Numbered from the stretch's first letter, positions 9,328 to 19,875 are shown. The stretch is 35,726 nucleotides of DNA from Peptostreptococcus sp. (GCA_039809725.1 JBDHVM010000001.1:1-35726); one strand, 5' to 3'. Notes: generated from the sequence alone by a model not told the origin. Translations and numbers: made by a program.

Positions 9328-9870
9328 TTATACTTTTTCTATATTTTCAAGCCCTAGTGTTACCAAGGCCTTCCTACCAAATGCATTTACATAAACTTTT
9401 ACTTCTTTTTTCTCGATATTAACGTCATCTACATCTCCGACATGACCAATGAAAGCTCCACTGATTACTTTTACAGAATCTCCAGGAAGTAAATCTATTT
9501 CTCCACTGACGATTTTAGATTCTGGAAGCTCAATACCCATTGCTTTGACTTCATCTACAGTAAGTGGAACTGGTTTAGAACCAGGTCCAACAAACCCTGT
9601 CACTCCTTTAGTATTTCTAACTACATACCAAGATTCGTCTGTCATTTCCATTTTAATAATTACATAACTTGGAAATACTTTCCTCTGACTTATCTTTTGT
9701 TTTCCTGTCTTTGTTGTTGTTGCAACATCTTCAGTTGGAACTATTACCTGTTCGATAATTTCTTCCATACCTCTATTTTTGACAGTATTTTCTATAGTAG
9801 TCTTTACTTTGTTTTCATGACCTGAGTATGTATGAACGACATACCATTTTAATTCTCTTTCTTCTGACAT
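9328..9870 (-). CDS. nusG: Transcription termination/antitermination factor NusG
   Basis: [29 protein letters not shown] motif [11 protein letters not shown]; start set at ATG 9870 from RBS spacing. Confidence 0.97.
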   Translation of the reverse strand: MSEERELKWYVVHTYSGHENKVKTTIENTVKNRGMEEIIEQVIVPTEDVATTTKTGKQKISQRKVFPSYVIIKMEMTDESWYVVRNTKGVTGFVGPGSKPVPLTVDEVKAMGIELPESKIVSGEIDLLPGDSVKVISGAFIGHVGDVDDVNIEKKEVKVYVNAFGRKALVTLGLENIEKV

Positions 9871-9898
9871 CAAAATCATCCTTTCAATGTGCGCTCTG

Positions 9899-10105
9899 TT
9901 ATTTTATCAAAATACTAAGTAGTTTTGATAAACCTGTATCTACTAACCATACAAATAGTGTAGCTACAATTACCACAGCAAGAACAACGCCTGTCTTTGC
10001 GGCAAGTTCTTTTTTAGTTGGCCAAGTTACCCTCTTCAATTCTTGAACAGTTCCCTTTGTAAAACCAACCTTTTTTTCTGATACTTCTACATTTTCCTTA
10101 GCCAT
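9899..10105 (-). CDS. secE: Preprotein translocase subunit SecE
   Basis: ELKRVTWPT plus one TM; lies between rpmG and nusG. Confidence 0.96.
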   Translation of the reverse strand: MAKENVEVSEKKVGFTKGTVQELKRVTWPTKKELAAKTGVVLAVVIVATLFVWLVDTGLSKLLSILIK

Positions 10106-10127
10106 TTACTCACATCCTTTTTGCTAA

Positions 10128-10277
10128 TTACTTAGTTTCCTTATGAGTAGTGTGTTTCTTACAGAACTTACAATATTTCTGCAATTCTATTCTGTCAGGA
10201 TTATTCTTCTTGTTCTTAGTTGTGTTATAATTTCTCTGACTGCATTCAGTACATGCTAAAGTTACTTTAACTCTCAT
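10128..10277 (-). CDS. rpmG: 50S ribosomal protein L33 (Zn-binding form); missing from the ORF track
   Basis: Manual translation [59 protein letters not shown], two CxxC motifs. Confidence 0.97.
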   Translation of the reverse strand: MRVKVTLACTECSQRNYNTTKNKKNNPDRIELQKYCKFCKKHTTHKETK

Positions 10278-10414
10278 CTGTTACACCTCCAAAATTGATT
10301 TTTATATATGATGATATAGCTTCCTGAAAAAATCAAGTAACTATTACCTTCCAAAAGTATATTGATGGGTATTTTTCCAACCCAAACAAACGACTACACA
10401 AAGCCGTCTTACAT

Positions 10415-10443
10415 AAAATACCACATTTTAGGCTATAAGTCAA
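10415..10443 (-). promoter_or_regulatory. Probable SigA promoter for rpmG-secE-nusG
   Basis: TTGACT-17 nt-(TG-g)TATTTT. Confidence 0.55.
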
Positions 10444-10574
10444 TTATTTTTTTGAACTGAGCTATCATTTTGTGATATGTAGATCTATTTTTAGATTCAA
10501 CACTATATTTATCAAGATACATCTCTATATTTTTTAGATACAAATCTACAACAAGCTTTAAGTTAGCCAGAAAC

Positions 10575-10627
10575 AAAAAATATCCCTCTGCAAAATATAT
10601 CATTGTTGTGCTTTTGAGGGATATTTT
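10575..10627 (-). terminator. Intrinsic terminator after iorB
   Basis: 12-bp inverted repeat aaaatatccctc / gagggatatttt with a T tail on the minus strand. Confidence 0.65.
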
Positions 10628-10745
10628 AATTTTCCTTGTGACCTTTTATTTTGATTTTATCTGACGTAATTTAAGTATCTTTTTCTTGTCAAAATGTCGT
10701 CTTTTAAGTACTTTTTTATCAAATTCTACACCTTATTTGTTCCAA

Positions 10746-11324
10746 CTAGATATTGCGACCATATAAAAATGCGTCTCTATTCATGTCAACAAATTTTATA
10801 GGAACTCTTTTTTCAATACTTTCAAGCCACTTTTCTTCTGGAATTTCTTTTACATATTTTGAACATATACCTAGAAGAATAATATTTGCAACTGCTTTAT
10901 TACCCATTTCAGCAGCCTTTTCCGTGAAGTTTTGCATTATTACCTCACCTGCATATTTTTCTAACTCTTCATATATATCATTTGCATAATCACTTTTACC
11001 TTGTTGTACTAGACTAGGAGCCATTTCATACGAATTTACAATAGCTACGGATGTATTCGGCTTTAAATCTTTTCTAAACCGTCTTCCCTCTAATGCTTCA
11101 AAGCCTATTAACACATCTACTTCACCAGGTCTAACATTTGGAGAATATATTTTTTCTCCGATCCTTACACTTCCCCAAACTTTCCCTCCTCTTTGAGATA
11201 AACCCACTACATCGTTTGTTTTCACATCAAGTCCAGACAAAAATGCCGCTTCGGCAATTATATCCGTAGTCAATACCAATCCTTGTCCGCCAACGCCAGC
11301 TAAAATAATATTTATATTTTTCAT
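10746..11324 (-). CDS. iorB: Indolepyruvate:ferredoxin oxidoreductase beta subunit
   Basis: LAGVGGQG, GLSQRGG, ANIILLG; start moved to ATG 11324 (RBS GGAGG). Confidence 0.9.
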   Translation of the reverse strand: MKNINIILAGVGGQGLVLTTDIIAEAAFLSGLDVKTNDVVGLSQRGGKVWGSVRIGEKIYSPNVRPGEVDVLIGFEALEGRRFRKDLKPNTSVAIVNSYEMAPSLVQQGKSDYANDIYEELEKYAGEVIMQNFTEKAAEMGNKAVANIILLGICSKYVKEIPEEKWLESIEKRVPIKFVDMNRDAFLYGRNI

Positions 11325-11340
11325 GATTTTTTCCTCCAAT

Positions 11341-13125
11341 CTACTTAGATCCTTTTCTCTTAATTGCGCCAACAGGACATACCTGAGCGCATATTGAACA
11401 ACCTACACACTGATTTAAATCAATTGACGATTTCTCTTTTTCAATTCCATCATACTTTTTCATTCTCAGCGGTGGACAATTTGTTCTTATGCAAGTCTTA
11501 CAGGCAATACAAATTTCAGGATCTACTTCAAAAGGAGTTTCTTTTATTTTATATCTTAGTGCACAAGGTCGTGTAGTTATGATTATAGAAACTCCTTTTC
11601 TCTTTGTTGCATCTACGATAACTTTTTTAGCTTCTTTATAATCAAACTGGTCAATAACTTGTATATCATCAAAATTCATGCTTTTAAGTACTGATTCTAT
11701 CGAAATATCCTGTCCAGCGTTATCCATCTTATATGACTCTGCTGTTGGTTGTCCTCCAGTCATAGCAGTTGTTCCGTTATCCAAAACTATCATGGTAATA
11801 TTTTCATCACCCTTTAACTGATACTTTAGATTTGCAAAACCTGGTAATCCACTGTGGAAGAAAGTTCCATCTCCAATAACACCAACTATCGACTTATCTG
11901 AGTCTCCCTGCTTGTCCATAGCAAGCCTCATTCCCTTTATCATACCAAGTGAAGCACCCATGCTAATATTAGTCTTTAAAACCTCAAACGGATACAATAA
12001 TCCCATTGTATAGCAACCTATGTCGCCCACAACCGTAACCTTTGATTTCTTTAAAATATCAAATACTGGTCTATGTGGACATCCTGAACAGAAAAGAGGT
12101 CCTCTTGGAGTAGTATCATCTTCATACATATCCTGAAGTTTTCTCTCTTTTAATACTCCCAGCTTTACAAGTCCCTCTTCTATCACTTCTGAATGTAGCT
12201 CATTTGTAAAACTAAAGAATTCCTTACCCACGCAGTCAATTCCTTGTACCTTTAATTCATTCTCAATAAAAGGCATCATCTCTTCTATTACAACTATCTT
12301 CGTATATTTCTTTGACAACTCTTTAATTTTTTCTATAGGAAGGGGATAAATCATTCCTAATTTTAGTACATCTACATCTTGACAGACTTCTTTAAAGTTA
12401 TAATAGCATATACCCGAAGTAACCACTAAAACGTCGCTGCCAAATGTTTCTAATCTATTTATTTCCAGAGTATTTGCCAATTCGGAAAGTTTTTCTATCC
12501 TTTCTTTCATTTCTATCTGATGCTTAAATGTATGAGGTGGCAACATACAATATTTAGTTGGATCAGCAGTAAACTTAGGACCAAGTTTTTCAACTCTGTC
12601 TTCCAATTCAACGACAGATCTTGCATGGCAAATTCTACTTGTTATCCTAAGCATAACAGGCAAGTGATATTCTTCACTTATATCCAGACCACATTTGACA
12701 AAGTCTTTTGAATCCTGTGAGTCTGAAGGATCAAATATAGCCATATTTGCAAATTTACCTAAAATTCTATTATCTTGCTCATTTTGCGAACTTGCCATAC
12801 CTGGATCATCTCCAGTAACAAGCATAAAACCAGCATCTATTGGAGATTGTGTAAAAGTCATCAATGGATCCATACAAATGTTTAAGCCTACATGCTTCAT
12901 AATGACCATTGTCCTTGTACCACCAAAGCAAGAACCTATACCCATTTCAAGAGCCACTTTTTCATTTGTAGCAAACTCAGAGTAAACCTCCTTATAACCC
13001 TTTAAAGCTTCTAATATCTCTACGGTAGGAGAACCGGGATATGCAGTCGCAACTATTCCACCCGCTTCATAAAAACCTCTTGCAATCGACTGATTGCCAC
13101 TAAGAACACTTCTAGTATCACCCAT
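11341..13125 (-). CDS. iorA: Indolepyruvate:ferredoxin oxidoreductase alpha subunit
   Basis: AYPGSPTVE, MKHVGLN, SSQNEQDNR, CSGCPHR, GDIGCY, TPP motif GDGTFFHSG...LDN, TAMTGGQP, two C-terminal 4Fe-4S motifs. Confidence 0.93.
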   Translation of the reverse strand: MGDTRSVLSGNQSIARGFYEAGGIVATAYPGSPTVEILEALKGYKEVYSEFATNEKVALEMGIGSCFGGTRTMVIMKHVGLNICMDPLMTFTQSPIDAGFMLVTGDDPGMASSQNEQDNRILGKFANMAIFDPSDSQDSKDFVKCGLDISEEYHLPVMLRITSRICHARSVVELEDRVEKLGPKFTADPTKYCMLPPHTFKHQIEMKERIEKLSELANTLEINRLETFGSDVLVVTSGICYYNFKEVCQDVDVLKLGMIYPLPIEKIKELSKKYTKIVVIEEMMPFIENELKVQGIDCVGKEFFSFTNELHSEVIEEGLVKLGVLKERKLQDMYEDDTTPRGPLFCSGCPHRPVFDILKKSKVTVVGDIGCYTMGLLYPFEVLKTNISMGASLGMIKGMRLAMDKQGDSDKSIVGVIGDGTFFHSGLPGFANLKYQLKGDENITMIVLDNGTTAMTGGQPTAESYKMDNAGQDISIESVLKSMNFDDIQVIDQFDYKEAKKVIVDATKRKGVSIIITTRPCALRYKIKETPFEVDPEICIACKTCIRTNCPPLRMKKYDGIEKEKSSIDLNQCVGCSICAQVCPVGAIKRKGSK

Positions 13126-13250
13126 ATTTTTACTCTCCTTTTATAAATATTGTTGAGTAGCGATTCAACTAGTTTTATAGTAAATCACCTCACTTATATT
13201 ATACTTAATTTCAGTCTCAAAAAGTATGAATTTGCCGTAAAATTATCATT

Positions 13251-13299
13251 AAAATAAATACAACAGATAATATTAAAGAGTATCTGTTGTACTTATTTT
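13251..13299 (-). terminator. Intrinsic terminator after aminopeptidase P
   Basis: tacaacagata / tatctgttgta stem with flanking A/T runs. Confidence 0.65.
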
Positions 13300-13313
13300 G
13301 TATTTATGAAATT

Positions 13314-15104
13314 CTACACTTCTCGAGTATACTCTTTTAACCAAGCTCTTTCATCTTCGTTTAGATGAGGCGCAATCACTTCATATACTTTTTTATGATA
13401 GTTGTTTAGTTCTAGCCTATCATCATCTGATAGCATCTCTACCTTAACAGCATCTAAATCAATCGGAACGTATGTAATAGCTTCAAAGCACATAAATTGA
13501 CCAAACTCATTTAGTTCTGTATTTTTTACTAAAAGTTCATTTTCTATTCTTACACCATGAGATCCCTCTATGTATATCCCTGGTTCGTTAGTGACAACCA
13601 TACCAGCTTCAAAAGGATGAACCTCATGCTTTCTGTACTGCCATCTAAAAGAAGACGGTGGCTCGTGTATATTACCTAAATAACCGATTCCATGACCTGT
13701 TCCGTGATAGAAGTTTATCCCTCTGTCCCAGAATGGCTGTCTTGCAAGAATATCAAGGTTCATACCTATACAACCATGCATAAATTTCGCCTTGCCAAGT
13801 CTTAAATTAGATTGAAGAACAAGTGTAAAATCTTCCTTCATCTGTTCTGTTATTTCCCCTAGTGCAGTTGTTCTTGTAATATCTGTTGAACCTTGCATAA
13901 AGTTTGCTCCCGTATCCGTCAAGAAAAGCGTACCTGTTCCAAGCGGGATATTTGTCTCTTCAGTTGCTGAATAATGCACAATTGCACCATGGGGACCAAA
14001 GCCACAAATAGGTTCAAAACTCTGGCAGATAAAGTCACCTTGTTCTATTCTTAGTTGCTCAAGCTTTTCAGAAGCGGAAATCTCCGTTTCATTTGCTATA
14101 GTTCCGTCCTCAACTAATTTTTTCAACCAAATAATAAATTTAGTGTGAGCAATTCCATCTTTTATTTGTGCCTGAATTATATTTTTAATCTCTGTTTCAT
14201 TCTTCATAGCCTTCATCAGTATTGTTGGATTCATAGCCTCTACAACTTCTACTGTATCAGGGATATTCATATACATCGCGTAATTTAGCCTGTCAGGGTC
14301 CACAAGCACTTTGCCTTCCAAAGCCTTAACATCTTCATATATATCGTTGTACGGCTTGATTAAAACGCCATCAGCCACAAGCCTAGCTTTTATATCATCA
14401 TTTAACTTATCTTCATTGATATAAAGCACCAATTTATCATCATATACTATTGAGTAGCAAAGAATCAGTGGAAAGTATTCCACGTCCCTACCTCTGATAT
14501 TAAGTAACCAACCAGTGTCGTCAAGAGTTGTTATGATATGAGAGTTTGCACCAACTTTTGCCATTTCTTCTCTCACTCTTTTTATCTTACTCTCAGCAGT
14601 TTCACCACTGTACTCCACATCTAAGTAAAACACAGGCTCCTCAGAAAGTATTGGTCTCTCTTCCCACACTATATCAACCAAATCTAAATCATATACTATT
14701 TTTCCATTTTTCTTTTTGACGATCTTTGCTAGCTCAACTCCATCTCCAAAAGGAACAGATCTACCATCAAACCCTAAAATTCCACCTTCAGGTAAATTTT
14801 TTTCTATGTATTCATTTAATGTAGGTACTCCTGGGTCTCCCATTCTAAAAAGGTCAACTCCAGACCCCTTTAATTGTTCTCCAGCCTGTAAAAAATATCT
14901 ACCATCTGTCCAAAGACCTGCCTCATTTTTTGCAACAAGTGCAGTTCCAGCCGAACCTGTAAATCCAGTAATAAAAGCTCTTGCCTTAAAATGCTCGCCA
15001 ACGTATTCACTGTTATGGTAGTCTGCTGTAGGTACAACATAAATATCTATCTTTCTATCATCCATTAATTTTCTTAGATTTAATATTCTATCAGATACTT
15101 TCAT
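13314..15104 (-). CDS. Xaa-Pro aminopeptidase (aminopeptidase P, M24B, long three-domain type)
   Basis: FITGFTGSAG, LWTDGRY, AIVHY, DTG...STDITRT, HGTGHGIG, NEPGIY, GVRIEN. Confidence 0.92.
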   Translation of the reverse strand: MKVSDRILNLRKLMDDRKIDIYVVPTADYHNSEYVGEHFKARAFITGFTGSAGTALVAKNEAGLWTDGRYFLQAGEQLKGSGVDLFRMGDPGVPTLNEYIEKNLPEGGILGFDGRSVPFGDGVELAKIVKKKNGKIVYDLDLVDIVWEERPILSEEPVFYLDVEYSGETAESKIKRVREEMAKVGANSHIITTLDDTGWLLNIRGRDVEYFPLILCYSIVYDDKLVLYINEDKLNDDIKARLVADGVLIKPYNDIYEDVKALEGKVLVDPDRLNYAMYMNIPDTVEVVEAMNPTILMKAMKNETEIKNIIQAQIKDGIAHTKFIIWLKKLVEDGTIANETEISASEKLEQLRIEQGDFICQSFEPICGFGPHGAIVHYSATEETNIPLGTGTLFLTDTGANFMQGSTDITRTTALGEITEQMKEDFTLVLQSNLRLGKAKFMHGCIGMNLDILARQPFWDRGINFYHGTGHGIGYLGNIHEPPSSFRWQYRKHEVHPFEAGMVVTNEPGIYIEGSHGVRIENELLVKNTELNEFGQFMCFEAITYVPIDLDAVKVEMLSDDDRLELNNYHKKVYEVIAPHLNEDERAWLKEYTREV

Positions 15105-15148
15105 ATTATCAAAGTGATAAAAATCACTATCCCCTTTCTCTTTAGTTT

Positions 15149-16111
15149 CTAAAATAATTTTCTAAAATCGTCAGAAGCTCTTACCAAACTATCTATCATT
15201 TCAGGTTCTCCTGATGAATGTCCGCATATTCTAGCTTCAAGCTTGCAATTATTCAACTTTTTACTCAATAAATACGCTCCAATATATCTACAATCCATAT
15301 CATATCTTCCATGAACAATAAATGTTGGTATATCCTTGATGATATCACTTTCATCTAAAATATAATTCATATTTTCTCTAAACATATTGTTCATCCAGAA
15401 ATGGCACTCTATAGTGGCCATAGATATCGCATAATCTTCATCTCCAAAGCTTTCTTCAACTGCCTTTTCGTCAAGAACTAGGCTCACTAAACTTCCTTCC
15501 CACATACTCCAAGCTCTAGCAGCTTCAACTCTTGTAGCTCTATCATCGCTCGTAAGTCTTTTGTAATAAGCTGTTACCAAGTCTTCTCTTTCGTCTTCTG
15601 GAATAATCTCAATAAACTTCTCCCATTGATCTGGGAAAATATTAGAAGCTCCACCCTCTTGATAAATCCAATCTATATCTTCCTGTCTTCCTAAAAAAAT
15701 ACCTCTCAAAATCAAGCCAACCGTTCTATCTGGATGTTGAAGTGCATAACTAAGAGCAAGAGTAGAACCCCAGCTACCACCCAAAATAAGCCACTTGTCA
15801 ATTCCTAGCTTTTCTCTTATCTTCTCCATATCAGAAACAATACTGTCAGTATCATTATTTTGAAGATTTGCATGAGGAGTGCTCTTTCCACTGCCTCTTT
15901 GATCAAAAAGAATTATTCTATAAAATTCAGGATCAAAAAATTGTCTACAAGAAGGTGCTGTACCACAACCTGGTCCCCCGTGTAAAAAAACTACTGGCTT
16001 TCCATTAGGATTTCCAGACTCTTCATAATAAATATTATGAACATCGTCAACTTTAATATAATCTGTAAAATTAGCCTCAATTGCAGGATAAAGTGTTCTT
16101 AATTCGCTCAT
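15149..16111 (-). CDS. pip: Proline iminopeptidase (S33)
   Basis: FLHGGPG, FDQRGSGKSTP, nucleophile GGSWGSTL, LRGIF, GRYD, GHS. Confidence 0.93.
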   Translation of the reverse strand: MSELRTLYPAIEANFTDYIKVDDVHNIYYEESGNPNGKPVVFLHGGPGCGTAPSCRQFFDPEFYRIILFDQRGSGKSTPHANLQNNDTDSIVSDMEKIREKLGIDKWLILGGSWGSTLALSYALQHPDRTVGLILRGIFLGRQEDIDWIYQEGGASNIFPDQWEKFIEIIPEDEREDLVTAYYKRLTSDDRATRVEAARAWSMWEGSLVSLVLDEKAVEESFGDEDYAISMATIECHFWMNNMFRENMNYILDESDIIKDIPTFIVHGRYDMDCRYIGAYLLSKKLNNCKLEARICGHSSGEPEMIDSLVRASDDFRKLF

Positions 16112-16184
16112 CGTTCCACTCCTTTAAATATAATTTTTGAAATATCCTTTATATTTTGAAAAATACAAATATATCTCTAAAAAA

Positions 16185-16213
16185 ATTATATCACACGTAT
16201 TTATTTATTTCTA
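16185..16213 (-). promoter_or_regulatory. Probable promoter for the pip-aminopeptidase P operon
   Basis: TAGAAA-17 nt-(TG-a)TATAAT. Confidence 0.55.
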
Positions 16214-16410
16214 CGTTTAACACTAAAATATACTCGACCAATGTCACATATGAAAATATAATGTATAGGCCGAATTAATCTTACAAATATATTCTATTCA
16301 AAATCACTTATTTACTATATCAATTCTATTTATTGAAATTATTATATTTATATCACATTTATAAAACTTTGAACTTATTTCTTCAAATTATTTTATTTTA
16401 CCATTGGTAG

Positions 16411-16419
16411 TGATATAAT
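16411..16419 (+). promoter_or_regulatory. Extended -10 promoter element for the Xaa-Pro dipeptidase
   Basis: TGaTATAAT about 60 nt upstream of ATG 16481. Confidence 0.5.
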
Positions 16420-16480
16420 TGTATTCATAAGGTTCTTTTTATATAAAAAATCAACCTTAAATTATTGTAGGAGGCTTAAT

Positions 16481-17563
16481 ATGAAAGATAACAGAGTAAG
16501 TCAAGTATTAAAAAGAATGAAGGAAGATAATATTCCTCAGATGTTGGTAAGTGATCCACTTTCAATTTTTTATTTAACAGGATATTTTCTAAATCCTGGA
16601 GAAAGACTATTTTCGCTTTTCCTTCGTTTAGACGGAAATCACAAACTTTTTGTAAACGCTCTTTTCCCAATCGAAGAGGACTTGGGAGTTGAGAAAGTAA
16701 TTTTCTCAGATACTGATAATTCAGTTGAAGTTGTTTCTAGATATGTAGATAAAAATTCTACTATTGGAGTTGATAAAAACTGGCCTGCAAGATTCCTTTT
16801 AGCTCTAATGGATATGTGTGAAGGAAGTAAGTTCATCAATGCATCATACATTGTTGATACAATGAGAATGTACAAAGATGATGAAGAAAAAGACCTAATG
16901 AGAAAAGTTTCTCTTATGAATGATGAAGCTTGTGAAAAAATCATTGGTAGAATAACAGCTGATAAAACAGAAAAACAAATCGCAAGTGAACTAATAAAAC
17001 TTTATGAAGAAATGGGAGCTGAAGGATTATCTTTTGACCCTATTATTGGTATGGCTGCAAACGGAGCAAATCCTCACGGAGAACCGGGTGACAGATATGC
17101 AAACCCTGGAGATGCTATCATTGTGGATATCGGTTGCAAGAAGGATATGTACTGCTCAGATATGACTAGAACTGTATTTTGGAAAGAAGTCAGCGAAAAG
17201 GGTAGAGAGGTATTTGAAATAGTTCTCGAAGCAAATAAAAGAGGAATTGCAGCATCAAAACCAGGCGCAAGATTCTGTGATATAGATGCAGCTTGTAGAG
17301 ATTATATAACTGAAAAGGGCTATGGTGAATACTTCACTCATAGAACAGGACACCATATAGGTCTAGAAGATCACGACTATGGAGATGTCTCTTCAATAAA
17401 TACTGCAGTCGCTGAACCTGGAATGATATTCTCAATCGAACCTGGAATTTATCTTCCTGGTGAATTTGGTGTAAGAATAGAAGACTTAGTTTTAATAACT
17501 GAAGATGGATGCGAAGTATTAAATAAATACGACAAAGAATTGATGGTTATCGGAAACGATTAA
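16481..17563 (+). CDS. Xaa-Pro dipeptidase (prolidase, PepQ-like, M24B)
   Basis: NPHG, DIG...YCSDMTRT, HRTGHHIG, SIEPGIY, GVRIED; RBS AGGAGG. Confidence 0.9.
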   Translation: MKDNRVSQVLKRMKEDNIPQMLVSDPLSIFYLTGYFLNPGERLFSLFLRLDGNHKLFVNALFPIEEDLGVEKVIFSDTDNSVEVVSRYVDKNSTIGVDKNWPARFLLALMDMCEGSKFINASYIVDTMRMYKDDEEKDLMRKVSLMNDEACEKIIGRITADKTEKQIASELIKLYEEMGAEGLSFDPIIGMAANGANPHGEPGDRYANPGDAIIVDIGCKKDMYCSDMTRTVFWKEVSEKGREVFEIVLEANKRGIAASKPGARFCDIDAACRDYITEKGYGEYFTHRTGHHIGLEDHDYGDVSSINTAVAEPGMIFSIEPGIYLPGEFGVRIEDLVLITEDGCEVLNKYDKELMVIGND

Positions 17564-17594
17564 TTTTGACAATTTAAAAAACTGATTAATAAGT

Positions 17595-17646
17595 AAAATA
17601 AATGGCTATTTCCACATTGTATGTGTAAAATAGCCATTTTTATTTT
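17595..17646. terminator. Bidirectional terminator
   Basis: aaatggctattt / aaatagccattt stem with A/T tails between convergent genes. Confidence 0.75.
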
Positions 17647-17690
17647 ATTTCGTTATTTTAAGTCGCCTCTATATTCCCCTTTTCAGAAAA

Positions 17691-18281
17691 CTAATGTCTT
17701 GAAAAGAATATTTCTAATGTCTTTTTTTCTTTGTTATAACTCAATACATATCTTTCATTAAACATAGGTTTTTTATCATCTTTTTGTGACGATGCTATTT
17801 CTCTAATAAAAAAACTACTCTGGTTATTATCAACAAAATTTTTATCAACTAACTCTCTTATTTTTAACTTACTATCACTTGCAAGTTCATCTACCTTTGA
17901 CAACGCACCTTTATAGTCGATTTTGGCATACTTTGCAACATCTTTATCCATAAAAACGTACGGTCCTTTATCCATTTTTTTGTTGTCTAATAGTTTTTTT
18001 GAAATGTCTTCCTTGAATGTGATTGTTATATATTTATATCCGTCAGAAGGCCATGACATATTATTGAAGAGTTCACGAGATTTTACAATTTCCGAATTTT
18101 TTATTTCCAAATCACTTAATATCCTCTCTTCTTCGTTTGATGCTATAGATTTATTTATTACAATATTTTGATTTTCAGTACCCATATTATCCATTGCTGA
18201 AAAAATAATAAAGTAAAATCCACCGACAAATATCACGCAGATTGATACAAAAATAATCAAGCCTTTCAATACCCTATTCAT
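17691..18281 (-). CDS. Hypothetical membrane-anchored protein
   Basis: 196 aa, N-terminal TM or signal anchor, RBS AAGGAG; no recognised catalytic motif. Confidence 0.75.
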   Translation of the reverse strand: MNRVLKGLIIFVSICVIFVGGFYFIIFSAMDNMGTENQNIVINKSIASNEEERILSDLEIKNSEIVKSRELFNNMSWPSDGYKYITITFKEDISKKLLDNKKMDKGPYVFMDKDVAKYAKIDYKGALSKVDELASDSKLKIRELVDKNFVDNNQSSFFIREIASSQKDDKKPMFNERYVLSYNKEKKTLEIFFSRH

Positions 18282-18384
18282 ACCATTTCTCCTTAATCAT
18301 CTAAAATTATTCTCTACTAGTACAAAACTTCGGTGCTCTTATTCTTATATTATATCAAATTACTGTTTCAAATACAAACTATTT

Positions 18385-18418
18385 AAAAAAAGGCAACCAC
18401 CACAAAATGATGATTGCC
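18385..18418 (-). terminator. Intrinsic terminator after the peptide transporter
   Basis: Minus strand ggcaatcatca-tttt-gtggtggttgcc followed by ttttttt. Confidence 0.75.
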
Positions 18419-18462
18419 CAACTTTTTACATGAGATACTCATGTACTAAATTCAATTTTTTA

Positions 18463-19875
18463 TTAAGCTTCGTTAGCTTCTTCTTCATCTTCACTAAGAA
18501 GTTTATTAAGTGGCTTAGTCATTAAGAATATAATAACTGCGAACACAAAAGATACTATTCCAAATGTTACGAAGATAGTATATATACCTAGTTTTTCAAC
18601 AAATCCCTGAGTATATCCGTTTACTTTTGCAGCAACAAATGTTGCGAATGTCCAAACGCCTAATAATAGAGAAAGGTATTTCTTTGGAGCCCATTTACTT
18701 ACAAATGAGTTTCCAAGTGGTGAGAAGCAAATTTCACCAAGTGTTAATACTACACCAAAAGCAAATAACCAAAGAACGCTTATCTTACTTGTATCAGGAG
18801 CGCCTACACCTCTTACTGTTTCCATTACTATTAGAACTACATATGCAAGTCCTAAGAATACGAAAGAAAGTGTAACCTTCTGGAACATAGATAAATCTCC
18901 CTGTGGTCTCTGAGAAAGCTTTGTCCAAAGCTTAGCTGCTGCCAAACTTAGGAATATACAAAGTAGACCATTCCAAGTAGTTGTAACGTGAGCTGGTGAG
19001 AATTCAAATCCACCAACCTTCATATTTGCATACTGAGTCATATATAGAGTCAATACTATATCTTGTTGATAGTAGAATAGCCAGAATACTATAGATACAA
19101 AAGAAACAAATACTATAGCTGCAACTCTTTTCTTTTCTGTCTTTGTAAGAGGAGCTAAAGACTCTTTAGATTCTTTCTTATCATCAGTTTGTGCTTCTCC
19201 AATTACATTGCCCTGAGTATCAGTTAAATACTTAAATGGCTTTTTACCTTGACCTTGAAGTGCCCCGTAGAACAATGTAAAGAATATCCCACCTAAAATA
19301 ACTAAAACTCCACAGATTAAGAATACCTGTCTAAATCCCATTGCTCCATTTACCATAAATGTATTCATATAAAGGTATCCACATATTGCAGAACCTAAGA
19401 ATGCACCTATATTTACAAATGAATACTGAATTGAAAATGCCGAGTCCAATTGATCTGGGTCATCAAATAAACGACCGATAATACCTGCAAGGTTTCCCTT
19501 AAATAGACCAGTACCAATTGCTACAATGATAATCATAAGGTTTATTGATCCAATTCCAGTAGCCTTCCAGCCTACTAGATAACCTAATCCCATCAAAACA
19601 CATCCCAATGTTACAGCATATCTAGCACCTAGTAAACGGTCACATACAAAGCCTCCGATTACTGGAGCGATATAAGTGAATGCTGTAAAGTTTGCTGCAA
19701 TAACAGCTGCCTCTGTTTTTCCAATGCCTAATCCACCCTTGTTAATCGCTGTTACAAGGAATAGTATAAGCAAAGGTTTACTTCCGTAAAATGCGAATCT
19801 CTCAAAAGTATATGCCAAACTTGACACATAAAAACCTAGAGGATACTTAGCTTTTTTTACTGTTGTTTCTCCCAT
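18463..19875 (-). CDS. POT/PTR-family proton-dependent di/tripeptide transporter (DtpT-like)
   Basis: TFERFAFYG (ExxERFxYY variant), GGFVCDRLLG, GTGLFKGN, VNIGAF, LGEICFSP; start at ATG 19875 from RBS spacing. Confidence 0.9.
   Translation of the reverse strand: MGETTVKKAKYPLGFYVSSLAYTFERFAFYGSKPLLILFLVTAINKGGLGIGKTEAAVIAANFTAFTYIAPVIGGFVCDRLLGARYAVTLGCVLMGLGYLVGWKATGIGSINLMIIIVAIGTGLFKGNLAGIIGRLFDDPDQLDSAFSIQYSFVNIGAFLGSAICGYLYMNTFMVNGAMGFRQVFLICGVLVILGGIFFTLFYGALQGQGKKPFKYLTDTQGNVIGEAQTDDKKESKESLAPLTKTEKKRVAAIVFVSFVSIVFWLFYYQQDIVLTLYMTQYANMKVGGFEFSPAHVTTTWNGLLCIFLSLAAAKLWTKLSQRPQGDLSMFQKVTLSFVFLGLAYVVLIVMETVRGVGAPDTSKISVLWLFAFGVVLTLGEICFSPLGNSFVSKWAPKKYLSLLLGVWTFATFVAAKVNGYTQGFVEKLGIYTIFVTFGIVSFVFAVIIFLMTKPLNKLLSEDEEEANEA

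Noticed and set aside
11325-11372. Extended N-terminus of IorB from the ORF track
   Set aside because: It overlaps iorA; a strong GGAGG supports ATG 11324.
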